A stretch of 43,617 nt of DNA, taken from the sequence record SRR20825010_6878; one strand, given 5' to 3'. Both the position numbers and the translations under genes were made by a program. Shown one piece after another: positions 38,315 through 43,617 of this stretch. The number at the start of each line of letters is the position of its first letter. The stretch's first letter is position 1. The notes beneath the pieces are model-generated. The model did no database searches and was not told the DNA's origin. It saw only the letters and a list, made by a program, of their open reading frames with translations.

Positions 38315-39664
38315 ATGAAACTAACTCAATCCCTATTCTTGATTTGCTTTTTTTACCTTCCTTTTAATCCTGTTATAGCACAGGAACCCGAAAGCGAAAG
38401 AGGATTTTGGTCGGCAGACATAACCACTCGGTACATGCAAACCACTAACAAAGGAAGCCTCGAAGACTTTTCCCTCTTGGCTTCTTATGGTAAAGTGGGG
38501 TATCATGTTAAACTTCGTGATTGGCTTAAGTTTGGCGTTTCAGGAAATGGACTGGTTCATTATGGTACTGGAGGGATAGATAAAAGAGATCAAGCAACAG
38601 GTTCAGGTCCAATATATGAGTCTAACCTCTGGAATAGCGGCAGAATGTCTGGTTCATCACAATTCAGCTTACCCGAGTTATACCTTGACTTCAATTTTGG
38701 AAGCCACTTGATTAGAGTAGGCAGATTTATTGAAGATACGCCCATTATAAATGGCGAAGGATGGCCTTTTCCAAATGCACTAAAAGGACTTTGGTATAAG
38801 TACAAATCTCCTGTAGGGTTCAATGCTGAAGCTGCTTTTATAGATAGAATCTCTTCTCGATTTTCAGGTGAATTTGAAAACGTAGGTAACACTATTGGTG
38901 CCGGTGGTCTTGGGGTTGGAGCAGACGGCAGCAGTAGTCAATATCGTGATTTGACTAAGTCAGATTATGTTGCCATTGCAAAATTAGGGTACAGGTTTTC
39001 TAGTGGTTTAGATTTAGCCCTTTGGAATTACTACACGGATAATATTTCAAATACGGTTTTCACCGAAGCTAAATTCGATTTAGGATCGAATAATGATTGG
39101 CATATTTCAGGACAGTTTATTTACCAAGCTAAAGTGGGAGATGGAGGAAACAACTCTGTTGCACTCCAGTATTACACAGACGAGTCTGCCAGTGGTTTTG
39201 GCTTTATGATAAAGAAAGACATTGCGAAAAGTGCTATTTCTGTTGCCTTCACAAGAATCGGAAATCAAGGTCGCCTGTTGCTACCTAGAGAGTGGGGAAA
39301 AGAACCGTTCTATACTTTCCAGCGAAGAACGAGGGTAGAAGGCTTTAGCGATGTTGCTGCCGTTGTTTTAAAGTGGGAGAGCAGCATCGACAAAGAAAAC
39401 TACAAGCTGAACATGTTTTCCAGCTTAGGTTATCACAGCTTACCAGATCCGTCTGATGCGCCTAGAAGTAAATATCAAGTGCCTTCAACAGCCCATTTAG
39501 ACGGTTCAATTAAGTACAGTCCTAAGAATAAACTTTTCGGATTTTCGGCTGAACTATATCTAGCTGGACGATTTTTAGCTGGAGAAACGGTTTCAAACTC
39601 CGCTTATCTAATAAATCGTGCCGATTTCTTTCATTCAGACCTGATTTTGAGTTACATTTTCTAA
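38315..39664 (+). CDS. Outer membrane beta-barrel, OprD-like porin
   Basis: Signal peptide, amphipathic beta pattern and C-terminal LILSYIF ending in Phe. Family assignment is tentative. Confidence 0.65.
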   Translation: MKLTQSLFLICFFYLPFNPVIAQEPESERGFWSADITTRYMQTTNKGSLEDFSLLASYGKVGYHVKLRDWLKFGVSGNGLVHYGTGGIDKRDQATGSGPIYESNLWNSGRMSGSSQFSLPELYLDFNFGSHLIRVGRFIEDTPIINGEGWPFPNALKGLWYKYKSPVGFNAEAAFIDRISSRFSGEFENVGNTIGAGGLGVGADGSSSQYRDLTKSDYVAIAKLGYRFSSGLDLALWNYYTDNISNTVFTEAKFDLGSNNDWHISGQFIYQAKVGDGGNNSVALQYYTDESASGFGFMIKKDIAKSAISVAFTRIGNQGRLLLPREWGKEPFYTFQRRTRVEGFSDVAAVVLKWESSIDKENYKLNMFSSLGYHSLPDPSDAPRSKYQVPSTAHLDGSIKYSPKNKLFGFSAELYLAGRFLAGETVSNSAYLINRADFFHSDLILSYIF

Positions 39665-39673
39665 AATTGGAGA

Positions 39674-40699
39674 ATGAACCCTATCGAAGGAATAAAAGCG
39701 ATAAGTAATGTATTAAGACTGATACTCTCGGTTTTAGTGTTGCTCATTGCTTTTGTCTTTATTCTCCATTTTAACCCTGAAGCATTTCAATCTAAAAAAG
39801 TAGACCCTGCCAACTGGAAACCACGTTCAGTACTCACCGATTTGGAAGGTGAAAGCCAGGCTTCTCTCATAAAATTCGGTCACGAGATAATCACCAAAAC
39901 GCCTCAGTACATTGGGCCGCTGTCAAACGATGAGCGCAAGCGTTTGGCGGGCAATAATCTCACTTGTCAGAACTGTCATTTAGAAGCAGGTACAAAACCG
40001 GGGGCAGGCTCTTTTGTTGGAGTATTTAATCGTTTCCCCCAATTCCGCGGAAGAGAAAATATGATCGGAACGCTGGAAGAACGCATTAACGGCTGTATGC
40101 AACGTAGTATGAACGGTGATTCATTGTCAGAAACAAGTCTGGAAATGAAGGCCATGATAGCCTATATCAAATGGGTGAGTGAAGATGTGCCAGAAGAAAA
40201 AGTAGACATCTATAAAGGCTTTGTTAAAGTAGAACTGCCTAATGTGAAAGCTGATCTTTTGACTGGTAAATCTATTTATGAGAAAACCTGTGTTACCTGC
40301 CATGGTGCTGATGGACAAGGAGTGAGGCTTAACAAAAATAGTTTGTACCAATATCCGCCTCTTTGGGGAAATGACACTTACAATGATGGCGCGGGAATGC
40401 ATAGAATCATTACCGCAGCAGAGTTTATTAAAGGCAATATGCCCTATTTACAGGCCACATGGGATAACCCTGTTTTATCAGACGATGAGGCCTATCATGT
40501 CGCGGCTTATATTAATAGTTTTGATAGACCTGAAAAGTCAAACAAGGAGGCGGATTTTCCAGATAAGAAACTCAAACCCGTTTCTACACCTTATGGTCCA
40601 TGGACGGATACTTTTTCAGCAGAACAACATAAATACGGTCCATTTCAACCTATAATGGCTTATTACGAAAAGGAATTCGGTATGAAGAAATCGAAATAA
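39674..40699 (+). CDS. tsdA: Thiosulfate dehydrogenase, diheme cytochrome c, with N-terminal hydrophobic anchor
   Basis: Two CxxCH motifs (CQNCH, CVTCH), active-site RINGCMQRSMNG, PPLWG...NDGAGM and FIKGNMP. Confidence 0.85.
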   Translation: MNPIEGIKAISNVLRLILSVLVLLIAFVFILHFNPEAFQSKKVDPANWKPRSVLTDLEGESQASLIKFGHEIITKTPQYIGPLSNDERKRLAGNNLTCQNCHLEAGTKPGAGSFVGVFNRFPQFRGRENMIGTLEERINGCMQRSMNGDSLSETSLEMKAMIAYIKWVSEDVPEEKVDIYKGFVKVELPNVKADLLTGKSIYEKTCVTCHGADGQGVRLNKNSLYQYPPLWGNDTYNDGAGMHRIITAAEFIKGNMPYLQATWDNPVLSDDEAYHVAAYINSFDRPEKSNKEADFPDKKLKPVSTPYGPWTDTFSAEQHKYGPFQPIMAYYEKEFGMKKSK

Positions 40700-40780
40700 C
40701 GTAATATTATTTACTTAGCGATGGGTTTTCGTTTTGCGTATGTTTCAATTCTGTATAGCTTTAGGAAACAACCTTGAACC

Positions 40781-42133
40781 ATGAAGACTTTTTTGACACT
40801 CGCCTTTCTGGCCCTTGCCACCTTACCTACATTCTCACAAGCCAATAGCACCCATATACTTTCAATGAAGGATCGGGCTGAAACTATTGATCGGTTGCTT
40901 GAAGATAAAGTCCAGAACTACCTTCCTGTAATCATGAGAAGAGAAGGGGTCGATATGTGGGTAGTAATGTCTAGAGAGTACAATGAAGACCCTGTGATTA
41001 AAACTCTATTGCCAGCGACTTGGTTGGCTGCGAGAAGAAGAACAATCCTCATTATGTTCGATCGCGGTGAAAAGGAGGGGATTGAATCCATTGCCGTTGC
41101 CCGATATGACGTTGGTACGAGCTTTAAAAGTGCTTGGAACCCAGAAGAACAACCTGACCAGTGGGCAAGGGTCGCAGAGATCATAAGAGAAAGAAATCCT
41201 AAGAAAATTGCGGTCAATAAGTCGAAGTACTTTGGTATTACGGATGGTGTAGTAGCTACAGACTTGGAAGAGTTTACAGCGGCATTAGACAAGAAAGACC
41301 AAGCTAAAGTGGTTTCAGCGGAGAAAGTGGCAATTGGTTGGTTGGAAACGCGTACCGAAGCTGAGATGGCGATATACCCTCATATCGTACGCATTTCACA
41401 CATGATTATTCAAGAGGCTTTTTCAGATAAGGTGATCACACCAGGTATAACCACTACCGAAGATGTAGTTTGGTGGATGCGTGATAAAGTAATTGAATTG
41501 GGACTACAAACATGGTTTCACCCCACCATCGATGTGCAACGTGCAGACCCCGAAAGCTTCGATCATTTACGCACTTTTTCAAAGCGCCCAGAAAAGAATG
41601 TTATTCTTCCAGGAGACCTTTTGCATTGTGATTTCGGAATTACTTATTTAAGGCTCAACACTGATCAACAGCAACATGCCTATATATTAAGACCTGGAGA
41701 AACAGAAGTGCCGTCTTATTTAAAAACTGCCTTCAAAAACGGCAACCGTCTTCAAGATATTTTTACTAATAATTTTAAAGAGGGGAGAACAGGTAACGAA
41801 GTACTAAAAATGTCTCGTGAGCAAGCCATTGCCGAAGGTATCAAACCTTCAATTTACACCCATCCTATCGGTTACCATGGACATGCTTCTGGAACTACCT
41901 TAGGTATGTGGGATTCACAAGGAGGTGTCCCCGTAACAGGCGATTATCCATTGCATTTGAATACAGCTTATTCTATTGAGTTGAACGCAGCTACTTATAT
42001 TGAAGAGTGGAAAAAAGAAATTCGAATAATGTTGGAAGAAGAGGCCTTTTTCGATAAATCGGGAGTCTGGTATATTGATGGTCGTCAGAATGAAATTGTG
42101 ACCATTCCTAGAATTCCAGCCAGGTCTAAATAA
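40781..42133 (+). CDS. Secreted M24-family (Xaa-Pro aminopeptidase-like) metallopeptidase
   Basis: Signal peptide, HCDFG...NTDQQ, THPIGYHGH, YSIE and EEE metal ligands. Confidence 0.88.
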   Translation: MKTFLTLAFLALATLPTFSQANSTHILSMKDRAETIDRLLEDKVQNYLPVIMRREGVDMWVVMSREYNEDPVIKTLLPATWLAARRRTILIMFDRGEKEGIESIAVARYDVGTSFKSAWNPEEQPDQWARVAEIIRERNPKKIAVNKSKYFGITDGVVATDLEEFTAALDKKDQAKVVSAEKVAIGWLETRTEAEMAIYPHIVRISHMIIQEAFSDKVITPGITTTEDVVWWMRDKVIELGLQTWFHPTIDVQRADPESFDHLRTFSKRPEKNVILPGDLLHCDFGITYLRLNTDQQQHAYILRPGETEVPSYLKTAFKNGNRLQDIFTNNFKEGRTGNEVLKMSREQAIAEGIKPSIYTHPIGYHGHASGTTLGMWDSQGGVPVTGDYPLHLNTAYSIELNAATYIEEWKKEIRIMLEEEAFFDKSGVWYIDGRQNEIVTIPRIPARSK

Positions 42134-42158
42134 GCATTAAGTTGATTAGTTTCAGCAG

Positions 42159-42737
42159 ATGAAAAAGCAGAAGAAGGGTTTCTATAATTACTTTACTAAG
42201 AACCTGATCAAGGGCTTTCTGTATTTGGCCGTCCTCGTAATTCTCATCATTCTTTTCAAAAACTATTTCAAGGAACAACACGATGCCATTGAGCATTGGT
42301 TATCCGATGACTATGGCATGATGTTGGTCATTTTTTTGGTCTCTGAAATTTTCGTTGGTATTCTTCCGCCAGAACTATTCATGATCTGGTCAATTGATGA
42401 TCCGATTATGGTTTATGTCTCCATCGTGGCCACCATGACAGTCATTTCCCTCTTTGCTGGCTGGGTTAATTATTGGATTGGAAAAAAGATTAGCACCAAG
42501 CGTTTTTTTCATCGCCTATTTAAAAGGCGACTGCGTAAATTCCAAAAACGTTATGAAGAGTACGGTGGGGGCTTTATCATCGTGGCCGCTTTAACTCCAC
42601 TACCTTTTTCTTTAATCAGCTTATTTACAGGTTCAATGTCGTACCCAGCAAAAAAGTACCTTACCTATTCCTCTTTCCGTATTCTTAGGTTTATTGTTTA
42701 TGGCATTATTGTATGGCATTTAGAAGGAGTGATTTAG
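42159..42737 (+). CDS. DedA/VTT (YqaA-like) membrane protein
   Basis: GILPPELF, NYWIG, AALTPLPFS and RILRF. Confidence 0.8.
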   Translation: MKKQKKGFYNYFTKNLIKGFLYLAVLVILIILFKNYFKEQHDAIEHWLSDDYGMMLVIFLVSEIFVGILPPELFMIWSIDDPIMVYVSIVATMTVISLFAGWVNYWIGKKISTKRFFHRLFKRRLRKFQKRYEEYGGGFIIVAALTPLPFSLISLFTGSMSYPAKKYLTYSSFRILRFIVYGIIVWHLEGVI

Positions 42738-42762
42738 GTGCTCTTTCAGAGTTTTAGTCTAC

Positions 42763-43617
42763 TTATCTATCTAAAATCAGATCCATAATTATAGGCAAGT
42801 GATCGCTATAACCTCCAATGTATTTTGGCCCTTGGTAAGTTCTAAATGGTCTCCTCGCTCCAGTCGCACCTTCCATAATTAGAAAGTCCAAATCAAATAT
42901 TTGAGTAGTTTGGTTGAAAATCCTTGTTTTTGACTTCTTCATTAATAGATTTCCTGAAACGACAAATTGATCCAGAATCCCCCATTTGTTTTCAAAGCTA
43001 TGCGTACCAGCAACAAACCTAAGATCAAACATCATATTGAAAAGATCAGTGGTTTTAAGCGTGTTTATGTCTGTATTAACGGCTAAACCGTTGAGCATAC
43101 TTTCCTCCTCTGGTTCGTCATTAAAGTCACCCGTAATTACAATATGAGCATTGGAATTCAGTCTTAACAACGAATCTGCTTTTGATCGAACAAACTGAGC
43201 AGCATACAATCGTTTTGGTTGAGTTTCGAATTCACCACCAAATTTGGAAGGCCAATGGTTGACAAAAAAGTGAAGGGTATCTTGATTGGGTAGCTTCATT
43301 ATTGCATGAAGGATATCTCGAGTACGGCTCGCTGTATCGAAGGGGAAATCCAGTGCATAAAACTCATAATTGAGTAATTTAAGCCTGTCAGGTCTATAAA
43401 TAGCGGCTACATCAATTCCTCGGGCATCACGTGAGTCTTTATGTATGATTTCGTAGCCTAAGGGCTTGAGTTGGGTAAACTGGGTCAGCGATTCTAAAAC
43501 ATACCTATTTTCCACTTCGCACAAACCAATTAACTCAGGGGCGTCCCAACCACCCATTGCCAAAATAGTTTTAGCCAATTTATTCTGCTTTTCAGTATAG
43601 CGGGCTTTGGTCCAGTA
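42763..43617 (-). CDS. Endonuclease/exonuclease/phosphatase-family protein, 5' end beyond the window
   Basis: GLCEVEN, NHWPS, GDFND and YSDHLP. The frame stays open to 43617 (YWTKARYTEKQNKLAKT...). Confidence 0.9.
   Translation of the reverse strand, partial: YWTKARYTEKQNKLAKTILAMGGWDAPELIGLCEVENRYVLESLTQFTQLKPLGYEIIHKDSRDARGIDVAAIYRPDRLKLLNYEFYALDFPFDTASRTRDILHAIMKLPNQDTLHFFVNHWPSKFGGEFETQPKRLYAAQFVRSKADSLLRLNSNAHIVITGDFNDEPEEESMLNGLAVNTDINTLKTTDLFNMMFDLRFVAGTHSFENKWGILDQFVVSGNLLMKKSKTRIFNQTTQIFDLDFLIMEGATGARRPFRTYQGPKYIGGYSDHLPIIMDLILDR

Noticed and set aside
42763-43578. TTG at 43578 as the start of the EEP nuclease
   Set aside because: The frame is open to the window edge and the N-terminal family motifs are missing, so the true start lies outside the window.

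Overview
AT-rich window from a Bacteroidota genome (inferred from TAnnTTTG promoter boxes, A-rich leaders without Shine-Dalgarno, and gene families; probably a Cytophagales/Roseivirga-like organism). 1-17.3 kb is a head-to-tail array of seven ~780-790 aa MacB/FtsX-type ABC permease paralogs with no ATPase in view. The genes are separated by stereotyped spacers built from up to three blocks: 8-nt TAATGAnn units, 7-nt GAAGnCn units, and 7-nt TRACYAA units. Paralogs 1 and 6 have near-identical termini but divergent interiors. The rest holds a three-gene secreted amidohydrolase operon (only one gene keeps the HxH metal motif), a Met-zincin protease, a sterol-desaturase-family gene, small hypotheticals, a DtxR/MntR-controlled TonB receptor plus thioredoxin, and an M1 peptidase. 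A sulfur operon follows (SulP, persulfide dioxygenase-rhodanese fusion, two YeeE/YedE genes, one with an in-frame TGA, a porin, and TsdA). The window ends with an M24 peptidase, a DedA-like gene and a truncated EEP-family nuclease. No rRNA, tRNA, transposase, integrase or CRISPR array was seen.
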